64,000 nucleotides of DNA from Acidobacteriota bacterium (GTDB taxonomy: Bacteria > Acidobacteriota > UBA6911 > RPQK01 > JAJDTT01), in contig OZ242374.1 of NCBI GenBank assembly GCA_965209055.1, positions 704,001 to 768,000 on the forward strand. Reading direction: 5' to 3'. Each line of letters starts with the position of its first letter. Position 1 is the first letter of the stretch. The position numbers and the translations under genes were made by a program. Under the pieces are notes generated by a model, which saw only the letters and a program-made list of their open reading frames with translations, did not search any database and had not been told where the DNA came from. This document shows positions 9,620 to 19,000 of this stretch, piece by piece.

Positions 9620-10381
9620 ATGACAGAAGTACAATTCCACAGCGGACTGGTCTGGGCGATTTTCCTGATCGCTGTCGTGACCTTTTCGAGCCTGTTGGTC
9701 CTGGCTGCTCCCTACGGCCGGCACTACTCCGGGAAGGGCTGGGGCCCGCACATTTCGAACCGGGCCAGTTGGGTCCTCATGGAGCTTCCGTCGTCAGCTC
9801 TCTTCCTGTGCGTTTTTCTCTCGGGATCAGCCGCATACCAGACAGTTCCGCTGGTTCTTCTCGGAGTCTGGCAGTGTCACTATCTCAACCGGACGTTTGT
9901 CTATCCTCTGCGCATTCGGACCGCGGGGAAGAAAATGCCTCTTCTGGTGATGGTCTGCGGCTTCGTTTTCAACTCGATCAACGCGTACGTCAACGCTCGG
10001 TTCATATCGGAGTTCGGCCAATATGGATCCGAATGGCTGGGAGACCCGAGATTCCTGGGCGGTCTGGTGTTGTTCCTTGCCGGTCTGGCCCTGAACGTCC
10101 ACTCCGACAGCATCCTTCTGCGCCTGCGGAAACCCGGGGAGGCGGGATACGCGATACCCCGGGGCGGCGCCTTCCGATACGTCTCGTGTCCGAACTACCT
10201 CGGAGAGATCGTTGAGTGGGCGGGCTGGGCGCTGGCCACATGGTCGCCGGCCGGACTCGCCTTCTTCGTATACACCGCCGCGAATCTGATCCCGAGAGCG
10301 CGCAGCCACCATCAGTGGTACCGGGAGAGATTTCCCGACTACCCGGCCAGCCGGAAATCCCTGATTCCGGGACTGATCTGA
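9620..10381 (+). CDS. 3-oxo-5-alpha-steroid 4-dehydrogenase (steroid 5-alpha-reductase-like) membrane enzyme
   Basis: APYGRH, WVLMELPS, HYLNR, VSCPNYLGEIVEW, RARSHHQWY, RKSLIP. Confidence 0.9.
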   Translation: MTEVQFHSGLVWAIFLIAVVTFSSLLVLAAPYGRHYSGKGWGPHISNRASWVLMELPSSALFLCVFLSGSAAYQTVPLVLLGVWQCHYLNRTFVYPLRIRTAGKKMPLLVMVCGFVFNSINAYVNARFISEFGQYGSEWLGDPRFLGGLVLFLAGLALNVHSDSILLRLRKPGEAGYAIPRGGAFRYVSCPNYLGEIVEWAGWALATWSPAGLAFFVYTAANLIPRARSHHQWYRERFPDYPASRKSLIPGLI

Positions 10382-10409
10382 TCGTCACGGGCACGATTGA
10401 AGAAAAAGT

Positions 10410-10462
10410 TTGACAGCGGCCATATTAACTCTGTAATGTAGAGTAACTCTGATTTGCAGAGT
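10410..10462 (+). promoter_or_regulatory. Sigma70-like -35 with two tandem palindromic operators
   Basis: TTGACA at 10410. ACTCT-N7-AGAGT at 10428-10444 and 10446-10462, upstream of an operon ending in a wHTH regulator. Confidence 0.6.
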
Positions 10463-10493
10463 ATTCTGATGACCCTGGACCGAGGAGGAATCC

Positions 10494-11063
10494 ATGGCCG
10501 ACAACACGCAAATCAAGGAAGACCTCGCATATGTCCGCGCCGTCGCCGAACGGTCGAAGGGGGCGCATGTTCCCGCCATCTATCTGCTGTGGGCGGTGAT
10601 CGGGCTATTTGGTTTCGCGCTGGTCGACTTCGTAGACGACAAGAAGTGGATCAGCATCTACTGGCTCTTCGCTGGACCGATCGGAACGGCCCTTTCAATG
10701 TGGCTCGGCGCCAAGGCCGACCGGGACGCGGGCGCCACCAGCCGTGACGCAGGAATTCGTGCCAGCCTGCACTGGCTGTCGTTCATGGTGGCCGGCTGGC
10801 TTGGTTTAGCGCTGGTTTTCGCAGATCACCTCACATGGCGTGGTTTCGGATCCCTGTGGGTGCTGCTTCTGGCGCTGACCTATTTCCAATTCGGGCTGCA
10901 TTTGGAACGGCGATTGTTGCCGATTGGAGTCTTGATAGCCGCCGGGTACCTGGTCACCGTCTGGGTGCCGAACTACGGCTGGACCGCCACCGGAGTGGTG
11001 CTTGCCATCGCCCTCGTGACCGCAGCCTTCCTGGGAGCGCCGAAAAGTGAAACTGCCGGCTGA
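10494..11063 (+). CDS. Integral membrane protein (~6 TM)
   Basis: RBS GAGGAGG, hydrophobic segments, overlaps the downstream regulator gene. Confidence 0.75.
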   Translation: MADNTQIKEDLAYVRAVAERSKGAHVPAIYLLWAVIGLFGFALVDFVDDKKWISIYWLFAGPIGTALSMWLGAKADRDAGATSRDAGIRASLHWLSFMVAGWLGLALVFADHLTWRGFGSLWVLLLALTYFQFGLHLERRLLPIGVLIAAGYLVTVWVPNYGWTATGVVLAIALVTAAFLGAPKSETAG

Positions 11064-11376
11064 CCCGGACCTACCCAAACTGGATGAGCTGGAACTGCTC
11101 AACGGGCTTCTGGAGCACCGCGTGCGTCTGGCCATCTGCGTCCTGCTCTCCAAATACGACGCCATGTCGTTTACCCGCCTCAAGCAGGTGCTGGGCGAGA
11201 CGGACGGCAGCCTCGGAGCACATCTCCGCAAGCTGGAGAATTCAGGCTACCTGGATGTGGAGAAGGCGTACCGCAACCGGAGACCGGTCACCTGGTACCG
11301 GCTCAGCACCCGCGGACGGACCCACCTGAAACGGCACCTTGCCGTCCTGACACAACTGATCGATCGAGCCGAATAG
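11047..11376 (+). CDS. Winged-helix (ArsR/MarR-like, HTH_34) transcriptional regulator
   Basis: HRVRLAI, TDGSLGAHLRKLE.GY, RPVTWYRLS..GR. Confidence 0.85.
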   Translation: MKLPADPDLPKLDELELLNGLLEHRVRLAICVLLSKYDAMSFTRLKQVLGETDGSLGAHLRKLENSGYLDVEKAYRNRRPVTWYRLSTRGRTHLKRHLAVLTQLIDRAE

Positions 11377-11442
11377 CAGTGGCTGACGCCTCTCTTTGCC
11401 CACATCGCCGACCGGAGGCCGCTTGGCGGGCTTCTTTGGGAG

Positions 11443-12336
11443 TCACTCCAATTTGGAAATCCGAATGCTGCCGTTGACGGTGGAAAGTCTTATGGGCGGT
11501 CCGCCCTGGCCGAGTTTGCCTTCTAATTTCTTCCCGATTTCACCCTGAACCGTAAGCGGAAAATCGGTTGCAATGGATCCGTTGGCAGTCCGTGCGACTA
11601 CATCCGCATGGGTCTGGGCCGGCAAGGTCAGACGAACCGAGCCGTTCTTGGTATTCAACGCCACCTCACCGTCCGGCGGGGCGGAAAAACTCGCTCGGAC
11701 CCTTCCATTCTTCGTCTTGGCCTGAAGGCGTCCTCGGATATTCTGAATACGAATCGAGCCGTTCTTCGTCTGAGCTTCGAGAACACCGCTGGCGCCGTCA
11801 ATTTCGATAGCGCCATTCACGGTTTCAGCCTCCAAGGAACCCTTGCCTCCCTGGACCTGAATCCTACCGTTGGTGGTGGAATAGCGCTGCTTTCCCTCCA
11901 GACCGGACGCGTAAACCCGCCCATTGGAAGACGTCGTCTCCACGTTCATCCTGCGCGGCAGCTTGATTTCAAATTGGACAGATGCGGAACGGCCCCACCA
12001 ACTCCAGTGATTGGGCCAAACGGTACGGATCGTCAAGGTCTCTCCCTCGTGAATCCGTTCGACTTTGATTTCTTTCAGGATCCCCTTGTTCTCTTCGTTC
12101 CGCCACCCCTTGACCCTCTTGGTCACCTTCAACTGAATCTCACGCCTGTCCCAAGCTTGCAGGTGAATGCGCCCGTTTCTGTTTTCCAGTGAGAGGTTCC
12201 GGAGGGCGGTTGCAGGATAAGTGTACTCAGAAACGTCGGTCTGCTCGAAACCCACTGCCTGCCAGCACCCAGCCGCTGACAACAGGAGGAGAACACCCAG
12301 TGACACACCCGGACGAGAGTGGTGATTGGAAATCAT
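11443..12336 (-). CDS. DUF4097-family beta-strand repeat protein, probable lipoprotein
   Basis: Repeats TSSNG/TTNG/TVNG/TKNG. Lipobox-like AAGC. RBS before ATG 12336. Confidence 0.8.
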   Translation of the reverse strand: MISNHHSRPGVSLGVLLLLSAAGCWQAVGFEQTDVSEYTYPATALRNLSLENRNGRIHLQAWDRREIQLKVTKRVKGWRNEENKGILKEIKVERIHEGETLTIRTVWPNHWSWWGRSASVQFEIKLPRRMNVETTSSNGRVYASGLEGKQRYSTTNGRIQVQGGKGSLEAETVNGAIEIDGASGVLEAQTKNGSIRIQNIRGRLQAKTKNGRVRASFSAPPDGEVALNTKNGSVRLTLPAQTHADVVARTANGSIATDFPLTVQGEIGKKLEGKLGQGGPPIRLSTVNGSIRISKLE

Positions 12337-12411
12337 GTTCGTAACTCCCAGCTCGGCTTCTGATTTGCATTGGACGCGGCTCTCCAACCGGACGACGTCA
12401 CACGACAGGCG

Positions 12412-12777
12412 TCAACTGTCACGAATCGAGACCTGAGTCCAGAACAACAGGACTGTGAGGAGGCCCGTGGCGAGACCCAGCATCTGCGACCAAGACACGC
12501 TCGTCTGGGCAAGTGGCCGGATGGCCTCCAAACCGGAAGTTGCGTCGGTCCACCAGAACGTCATGAGAGCCGCGACAGTGACGACCATTAGAATTTCCGA
12601 CCAGGTTTGAATCGTTGCCAGCTTCGACTGTCTCCGGTTGTACTCACCGATTCTTGCCATGAGCAGGACGAATTCCCGGCTGGGGACCCGATCGCGTTGC
12701 ACCGCGATCTCGGTTTCGAAGGTCGCCCGAAGAAGAGCCTCGAGATCTTCGTCGCGCCGTGCCCAAGGCTCAGTCAT
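12412..12777 (-). CDS. Small membrane protein, putative anti-sigma factor
   Basis: Overlaps the sigma stop codon (ATGA). Two TM segments. Confidence 0.55.
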   Translation of the reverse strand: MTEPWARRDEDLEALLRATFETEIAVQRDRVPSREFVLLMARIGEYNRRQSKLATIQTWSEILMVVTVAALMTFWWTDATSGLEAIRPLAQTSVSWSQMLGLATGLLTVLLFWTQVSIRDS

Positions 12778-13298
12778 GAGTTCGCTCCCCTGGCAGTTGG
12801 GTCAGAGCGGGTCAGGTACTCCGAAAGCTTTCTCCTGGCCCGAAACGCCAGGACCCGCACGCTTCGCCGATTGAGACTCATGATCCTGGCGACCTCCTTG
12901 TGGGAGAACCCCTCCGCGTACAACAACCAGAGCATCTGCTGCTCGCGTTTTGACAACGTTCGGAGCCCCTCGCGCAGGGCGAGAACATCGGCAATGTTCG
13001 CAGTGGGCCTGGTTGCCATGACTTGGCGTTCCGGTCCCTCCAGCCTGTTGCGCTTCTGCAAACCGCGACCGTGGTCCGCGATAGCGTTCGACGCGATCCG
13101 GTACAGGTACGCTCGCGCCGCGGGCGCGTCCGGAGTCTTGGCCATGCGGCTCGCCAGAAACTTGACGTAGGTGATCTGGAACAGGTCGTCGACCGAGTCC
13201 CGATCGCTGCAATGCCGGAGAAGATAAGCGCGGATCGCTGCTGCCGTGGCATCGTAGAAACGTCTGAACGCATCGTCCTGCGATCCGGACTGCTCCAT
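12774..13298 (-). CDS. ECF RNA polymerase sigma factor
   Basis: Region 2 DDLFQITYVK/YLYRIASN and region 4 EGFSHKEVARIM...VRVLAFRARRKL. Confidence 0.9.
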   Translation of the reverse strand: MEQSGSQDDAFRRFYDATAAAIRAYLLRHCSDRDSVDDLFQITYVKFLASRMAKTPDAPAARAYLYRIASNAIADHGRGLQKRNRLEGPERQVMATRPTANIADVLALREGLRTLSKREQQMLWLLYAEGFSHKEVARIMSLNRRSVRVLAFRARRKLSEYLTRSDPTARGANS

Positions 13299-13362
13299 CA
13301 CTCCCAGACTTGTGCTGCGGCACGCGCTAAAGGCTGCCCACGTCTGCGGATACGCGCACGCC

Positions 13363-13803
13363 TCAACGCCCGTAAGTCTCGGCGTCGCCGCTACCATTAT
13401 CGTCACGCTCTTCCGTGCGCCACATGACGTAGGTGGACACCGCAAGGGCAACACCGACCGCCCCTATGATGACGGCAGGGATCAGGAGATCGTCGTCCAC
13501 CACAAGTGCCAGGACAAAGAATCCGATGCCCATGAACGTCAGAATCGAAGCCGGGACGAACAGTCCCTTCCATTTCTTGGACGGTTTTTCCCTCTCCAAC
13601 GCAAGCGCGCTGGCGAGCTTTGATCCCGCGGGTCCCTGGATCGCCTGGGCGAAGGCTTCGCCCGTGGAGAACTTGTCGATCATCCGGCGGATTATTTCCG
13701 CCCGTTGCTCCTGCGCTCTCCTTCGAGTCACATGGCTGAACCAAAGGATGAGCACCACCATGGCAAAGACGCCAAGTGGCACCAGTGTGTTTTGCCACCA
13801 CAT
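13363..13803 (-). CDS. Membrane protein (DUF6249-like), first gene of the ECF operon
   Basis: RBS AGGAGG before ATG 13803. One N-terminal and two C-terminal TM segments. Confidence 0.65.
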   Translation of the reverse strand: MWWQNTLVPLGVFAMVVLILWFSHVTRRRAQEQRAEIIRRMIDKFSTGEAFAQAIQGPAGSKLASALALEREKPSKKWKGLFVPASILTFMGIGFFVLALVVDDDLLIPAVIIGAVGVALAVSTYVMWRTEERDDNGSGDAETYGR

Positions 13804-13831
13804 TCCTGCCTCCTTTCGGACTTGCTTATAT

Positions 13832-13858
13832 GACGATCGAACCTGGGGAAACGTTAAC
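13832..13858 (-). promoter_or_regulatory. Putative ECF-type promoter
   Basis: Minus strand GTTAAC-17 nt-CGTC upstream of the sigma operon, matching the generic ECF AAC/CGT pattern. Confidence 0.4.
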
Positions 13859-13962
13859 TTCAGTCGTAGTCGCCGCCTCGAATTCGCCTCGACGAACCAG
13901 AACATCTGCGTCCGGACCCGCAGTTGGGGATTCAGACAGGGACGCGTTACCATCAGCTACCG

Positions 13963-14730
13963 ATGGGACGCGAAACGTCACGGTTCCGAAGGTGGGCACT
14001 TGCCGCGCTGGCTGGTGTCATCATTCTGGCAGTTGTCCTGGTAGCGGCCGTTCTCGCCGTGTTCCGCTTCGGCGCCTTGCCTCTTGACCACGGGACAATC
14101 TTGGGCGGCGGCCGCGTCGAGGCGGTGGTGGAAGAACTGGGTCCGGTGGCCATCGGGTCGTACCTGGTCGCCCTGGAGAACGGCGGCTACGCCCTCGTGG
14201 ATGCAGGAATGGATTCGGAAGCCCGCGCGATCCGGTCAGTCCTGCAGCGCCGAGGCGCCCAGGCCCGGGACGTGAGAGCCATCTTCGTGACCCACGCTCA
14301 CGGGGACCACATGGGAGGACTCCAGTCGTTCCCCGATGCCGAGGTCTACGCCATCGAGGCCGACGCGAAGGCCATTCGCCGTGCGCGTTCACGCACCGTC
14401 CAAGGGCTTGCGGACGGCGACGTGGTCAAGGCTTCGGGCACGGAGGTGGAAGTCTTCGCCTTACCGGGCCACACATCGGGCAGCGCCGCCTACTTGGCGT
14501 ACGGCGTCCTCTTCCTGGGGGACAGCGCTGCCGCAGCGTACGACGGTTCGGTCCAGGCGAATTGGCTCTTCTCCGAGGATTCCGAATCCAACGAGGGATC
14601 CCTTGCTGCTTTGGCGCGCCGCCTGGAGAGCAGAGCGAGCGAGGTGCAACAAATCGCATTCGGACACCAAGGCCCTGTCGACGGTCTCGGGCCTCTTCTC
14701 AAGTGGGCATCCGATCGCGCGCGGCGGTAA
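13963..14730 (+). CDS. Metallo-beta-lactamase-fold hydrolase with N-terminal TM/signal
   Basis: THAHGDHMGG, PGHTSGS, FLGD, FGH. Confidence 0.85.
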   Translation: MGRETSRFRRWALAALAGVIILAVVLVAAVLAVFRFGALPLDHGTILGGGRVEAVVEELGPVAIGSYLVALENGGYALVDAGMDSEARAIRSVLQRRGAQARDVRAIFVTHAHGDHMGGLQSFPDAEVYAIEADAKAIRRARSRTVQGLADGDVVKASGTEVEVFALPGHTSGSAAYLAYGVLFLGDSAAAAYDGSVQANWLFSEDSESNEGSLAALARRLESRASEVQQIAFGHQGPVDGLGPLLKWASDRARR

Positions 14731-14776
14731 GGACAGCGATCTCAAGGAGTGGCCGGGTCGTGCCCCGCCAGGAACC

Positions 14777-15580
14777 TCAGTCCACTTGCTCCCCGTTGTT
14801 GAAGGTGACCGCCTCCTGGTTGCCGTCCTCGTCGCGATGGATCCAGCGCCCGTGCATCTTCCCCTCAAAAAAGGAGCCTTCCTGGACTTGACCGTCAGGG
14901 AACCGGAGAACCCAGCGCCCGTGGTGGTGCCCGTAGACATAAGGACCTTCCTGGATGCTCCCGTCGTCCCAGTGCTCAACCCAGTATCCGTTCCGCTTGC
15001 TATCGACGTACGGGCCTTCATGAACCCCCCTGCCGTCCGTCCAACGTTCGACCCAGTGCCCATGCATCTTCCCATGGACACGGGGGCCTTCATGGACGCT
15101 CCCGTCCGGAAGGCGTTCGACCCACTGGCCGTGTTGTCGATCTTCCACAAATGGGCCGCCTGACACGTTGCCGTCCGTGTCGCGAAAGACCCAGTTCCCA
15201 TGGCGCCGACCCTCAACGAAGGGGCCCTCATGGGCGTTTCCGTTCGAATCGAAGCCGAACCAGTTGCCGTGCTGTTTTCCTTGTTCGAAGCGTCCGAATG
15301 ATTCCAGGATCATGTGGCCACTGCCGGAGAACCACTTCAGGTAACCCGGTCCTTGAGCCAAGTCTCCGTCACACCCTCCCGACCAGGTCCTGGCTTCATC
15401 CGGGATGAGGTGAGAGATCCAAACGTAGCATCCCGGCTGGTTGGACAACTCCATCCAGCACGACGACCTTGGGGGCTTTCCCTGGCACCGGTCCTCCTGG
15501 GGTGCAATTCCTTGTTCCCCAATTAGTCGTGGGACGCTCAAAAAGACGAGAATGACAAGAAGCGAGAGGACTCGTGGCAT
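14777..15580 (-). CDS. Secreted MORN-like repeat protein
   Basis: Signal peptide, Cys-rich N-domain, ~23-aa repeats of type EGPFVEGRRHGNWV. Confidence 0.75.
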   Translation of the reverse strand: MPRVLSLLVILVFLSVPRLIGEQGIAPQEDRCQGKPPRSSCWMELSNQPGCYVWISHLIPDEARTWSGGCDGDLAQGPGYLKWFSGSGHMILESFGRFEQGKQHGNWFGFDSNGNAHEGPFVEGRRHGNWVFRDTDGNVSGGPFVEDRQHGQWVERLPDGSVHEGPRVHGKMHGHWVERWTDGRGVHEGPYVDSKRNGYWVEHWDDGSIQEGPYVYGHHHGRWVLRFPDGQVQEGSFFEGKMHGRWIHRDEDGNQEAVTFNNGEQVD

Positions 15581-15717
15581 GGTCTCTCTCCTGGTTTCTC
15601 AGTTCGCTCGGGCGAGTGTGAATTGCATCCGATTTTATCAGAAACTGACTTGGTGATCGCTGCGCGAGTGTGGTGATGGGGAGAACTGCCCGATCATCAA
15701 GCCATCTACCCGGCAGC

Positions 15718-17043
15718 CTAATTCCCGGAAATGTTTCCACCCGGATGCTTCAACTTCCGAATCGGCACCGTGAGCATGAGCAGGGCAGCCGCCAGCGGAA
15801 GGGTCCCGATCAGCCAGAAAACGAGGCTGTAGAGTTCCATATCGATGAAACGGCCGATCAGGCTCTGGACGACGACGGCGCCGATGGTGCCGGCGCATCC
15901 CGCCATGCCGAACAGGGTGCCCACCGAATGGGCCTCCGTCAGGTCGGTGGCCACGGTCTGGACGTTCACCGACCAGATGGCGAAGGCCATGAAGACGACG
16001 CACATCAGCAAGATGATCAGGTAGGGATTGGTAACCGTGTTGACCAGGATCCCCAGCGGTACCAACAAGGTGCCTCCCAACATGCAGACCTTCCGGGTCT
16101 TCGGGATTCCCAGGCCGCGCCGGATCAGAGAGGTGGAAATCCAACCGCCCAGCAGCAGACCCAGGTCGTTGGCCAGGAACGGGATCCAGAGCAGCCCGCC
16201 GATCATCTCCATGCTGAATCCGCGCTCCCGCATCAGGTACTCGGGCATCCAGAAGAGGTAGAAGTACCAGGTCCCGTCGGCCAGCGAGCGCGCTCCCAGC
16301 ACCGTCCAGACCCCTCGATAGCGCAGGAAGTCCCGGACCCTCATCCTTTCACCGGTGTCGTCCTGGACCGCCTTGGCCGATTCCCGGAGATATTCCTGCT
16401 CTTCTTCCGTCAGCCGTGGATGTTCTTCCGGTTTGCGGTAGATGAAGGTCCACGGCAACAGCAGCAGGAATCCCAGCAGTCCGGTGATCAGGAACATGGC
16501 GCGCCAGCCGACATTCAAGGTGAGCCAACTGATCACCGGCGGACCCAGTAGCGCACCGATGCCCAGTCCCAACAGCATGATGCTCACAGGCTTGCCCCGG
16601 TCGCGGGGGTGGAACCACTCCGAAATGGCCTTGACGCCGGTGGGGAAGAACCCGGCTTCACCCAGGCCCAACAGAAAACGGTAGGCGCAGAGGGAGTAGA
16701 GACCCTGGGTCAGGCTGTGGAGGCAGGCGGCGATGGACCACCAGGTGACGGTCAGGTAGTAGCTGACCCGCGTTCCCAGGAAGTCGGCCAGCTTGCCGCC
16801 GAAGCCGTAGGAAAAGGTGTACGCGACCAGGAAGACGTTCACCACCAGCGCGTAGTCGCTGGCGCTCAAGCCGAATTCATCCCGGACCAGGGGAGCCACG
16901 ATGGACAGGGTGATGCGGTCCAGGTAGTTGACGATGCCGCCCATGAACAGCATCCCCACGATCCACCAGCGGACCGGAAGCCTCCGGACAAGGGACCGGC
17001 CGGGAGACCCCGGAGAATGGGGAGTTCCTACTGCGAATAGCAT
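15718..17043 (-). CDS. MFS transporter (ACS/hexuronate ExuT-like)
   Basis: VNYLDR, RFLLGLGEAGFFP, ISEWF, ~12 TM segments. Confidence 0.9.
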   Translation of the reverse strand: MLFAVGTPHSPGSPGRSLVRRLPVRWWIVGMLFMGGIVNYLDRITLSIVAPLVRDEFGLSASDYALVVNVFLVAYTFSYGFGGKLADFLGTRVSYYLTVTWWSIAACLHSLTQGLYSLCAYRFLLGLGEAGFFPTGVKAISEWFHPRDRGKPVSIMLLGLGIGALLGPPVISWLTLNVGWRAMFLITGLLGFLLLLPWTFIYRKPEEHPRLTEEEQEYLRESAKAVQDDTGERMRVRDFLRYRGVWTVLGARSLADGTWYFYLFWMPEYLMRERGFSMEMIGGLLWIPFLANDLGLLLGGWISTSLIRRGLGIPKTRKVCMLGGTLLVPLGILVNTVTNPYLIILLMCVVFMAFAIWSVNVQTVATDLTEAHSVGTLFGMAGCAGTIGAVVVQSLIGRFIDMELYSLVFWLIGTLPLAAALLMLTVPIRKLKHPGGNISGN

Positions 17044-17052
17044 GAAGTGTCC

Positions 17053-18870
17053 TTACTTGCCGCTTCGTTTTTTCATTGCAGCCAGGGCCTCCCGAGCGGC
17101 TTCGGCCTCCCGGGACATGCCCAGTTGACGGTACGCGTCCACCAGGACGGCAAGGGCCTGCATCGCCGTCGCCGAGGATCGTTCCAGCCGCACCACCTCT
17201 TTCAGGTGGATCACGGCATCCTTCCGCCGGCCCGCTTCCAAATAGGCTCGGGCGGCAATCTGGTGCGCCCGTGATTTCCCGCCTCTCATTCCGGCCAAGA
17301 GTTGTGCCCGCCGCCAGAGCGCATCCGGGTCGGGGAGTTGAGCGTATGCGAGAAGAAGAGCCCGGTTCGCATCCGGAGTGTCTTTCGGAGCCTGGCGGAG
17401 ATGGCTCTCCAGTTCCTTGGCAGCCTCCTGGTACCGGCCCAACGCCAGCAGAGTGAGTCCCAGCCAGTAGTTCAACTGAGGCGTGCCGGGGGCCAGCTCC
17501 CTTGCCTTTTGCAACGAGGACAGCGCGCCTTCGAATTGAGACGTGAGATAGAGGTCCATGCCCAGGAAATAGTGGGCCGTCGCCAGTCTGGGGTCCAGGC
17601 GGATGGCGGTCCGAAGCCGTGCGATCGCTGCCTCCAATCGATTCCCATCATGCAGAAGCAGTCCCAGATTCATCTGTGCTTCCGCGAAACCGGGTGCTAC
17701 CCGGACGACCTCGAGGTAAGCTGCTTCCGCTTCGGCGTGGTTCCCTTGTTTGTGGGCTTCGACCCCTAGACGAAACGTCTGGAAGACGGGACTGTTCGAT
17801 TCCAGGCGCCGTACCTCGTCGGAGCCGGTATCTCGAATCAACAGGCCTTCCGTGGGTCTCGCCTCCGCCTGCCGCAGTTCCTCAGATTTTTGAAGTTCCA
17901 CTCGTGCCTTCTCAGTCTCTCCTGTCCGGTTGTACAAGAGGCCCAGGGTGTAGTGGGCCTGGCGGTAATTCGGGTCAAGACGAATGCTGTGCTGCAACAG
18001 TCCTTCTGCTTCCTGGAACCTGCCGTCCTTCAGAGCCAGGCGGCCCAGGGCTGCATGAGCATGGGAATGATTTGGGCGCAGGTCCACGATCTCGCGATAA
18101 ATCTCTTCCGCCTTCCCCAAATCTCCTTCGCTCTCGCGGATCTTGGCCAGGTAGAACCTGGAACTGGCTGAAGTGGGAACCAGGTCGAGGCTTCGTCGAA
18201 GATGCTTCGCAGCCTCCTCGGTTCGTCCCGCCTGGAACAAGTAGTACCCGAGAGAGAAGTGGGTCTGACCGCTGGAGTCTCTCGCCACGGCTTGCTCCAG
18301 AACGTCCAGGGCGCCCTTGACGTCGCCTCTCGCGTGGAGACAAGCTGCCAGCAGGGGGGCGTGCGGCTGGTCCAGTCGGTCCGGGTCCTGAATCCGGCGG
18401 AGAGCCTGGATCGCTTCCTGGTAGAGGCCTCTCCCGTACGCCTCTTCCGCCAGTTCATACAGGACGGGGTCCGTGGCCGCCCCTTTCAGGGCCCTGAAGA
18501 AATAGGGGTCCGACTCCTCGGGAGGGCCGGTCTTCTGCTTGGCCCGCCAGATCCAGAAAAGAGCCTCACCAGAGTCGGGGACCCGTTTCAGAGCGTTCTC
18601 CAAGGGACCGGCTGCTTCGCCGTGCCGACCGGACTCGACCAGGGTCTTCCCCAGCAGAATGAGCGCGCCGGCGTTCTCCGGCTCCTGTGTCAGCAGGTGT
18701 TCGAGAACCGATCGAGCCTGGGAAAAGTCTCCCCGTGCCAGCGCCGTGCGGGCCTCGTCCAAGCGGTCACTCGGGGGCGGCGGGGAAGGGAGGGCGCGCT
18801 GCCCCGGCCAGAGCAGGAGTCCGGCCAGAATCAAAAAGGAAGAGACTTGACGAACCGAAAGGTCTGGCAT
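17053..18870 (-). CDS. Exported TPR protein
   Basis: Signal peptide and many TPR units (AHYTLG, AHYFLG). Confidence 0.85.
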   Translation of the reverse strand: MPDLSVRQVSSFLILAGLLLWPGQRALPSPPPPSDRLDEARTALARGDFSQARSVLEHLLTQEPENAGALILLGKTLVESGRHGEAAGPLENALKRVPDSGEALFWIWRAKQKTGPPEESDPYFFRALKGAATDPVLYELAEEAYGRGLYQEAIQALRRIQDPDRLDQPHAPLLAACLHARGDVKGALDVLEQAVARDSSGQTHFSLGYYLFQAGRTEEAAKHLRRSLDLVPTSASSRFYLAKIRESEGDLGKAEEIYREIVDLRPNHSHAHAALGRLALKDGRFQEAEGLLQHSIRLDPNYRQAHYTLGLLYNRTGETEKARVELQKSEELRQAEARPTEGLLIRDTGSDEVRRLESNSPVFQTFRLGVEAHKQGNHAEAEAAYLEVVRVAPGFAEAQMNLGLLLHDGNRLEAAIARLRTAIRLDPRLATAHYFLGMDLYLTSQFEGALSSLQKARELAPGTPQLNYWLGLTLLALGRYQEAAKELESHLRQAPKDTPDANRALLLAYAQLPDPDALWRRAQLLAGMRGGKSRAHQIAARAYLEAGRRKDAVIHLKEVVRLERSSATAMQALAVLVDAYRQLGMSREAEAAREALAAMKKRSGK

Positions 18871-19000
18871 CCTTTAACGTGGCGGTCCGGGCCAGTCTAC
18901 TACGGGGGCGCGGTCCATCCCACCGGACGCCGGGAAATCCGGGGCCGGTTATCATAGCGACGGCCGGGGCCGGCGGGGGACCGGCGAAAGCGAGCTTCCC

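Noticed and set aside
3866-9751. Long antisense or alternate-frame ORFs (e.g. 3866-4981, 5976-7082, 7973-9751; also 24312-26003, 49298-50791, 52293-53726, 60789-62339)
   Set aside because: Shadow ORFs of high-GC genes with no recognisable motifs.
12387-12414. Anti-sigma TGA in frame with the DUF4097 ORF
   Set aside because: The downstream gene has its own RBS, ATG and signal peptide, and I see no SECIS-like hairpin.
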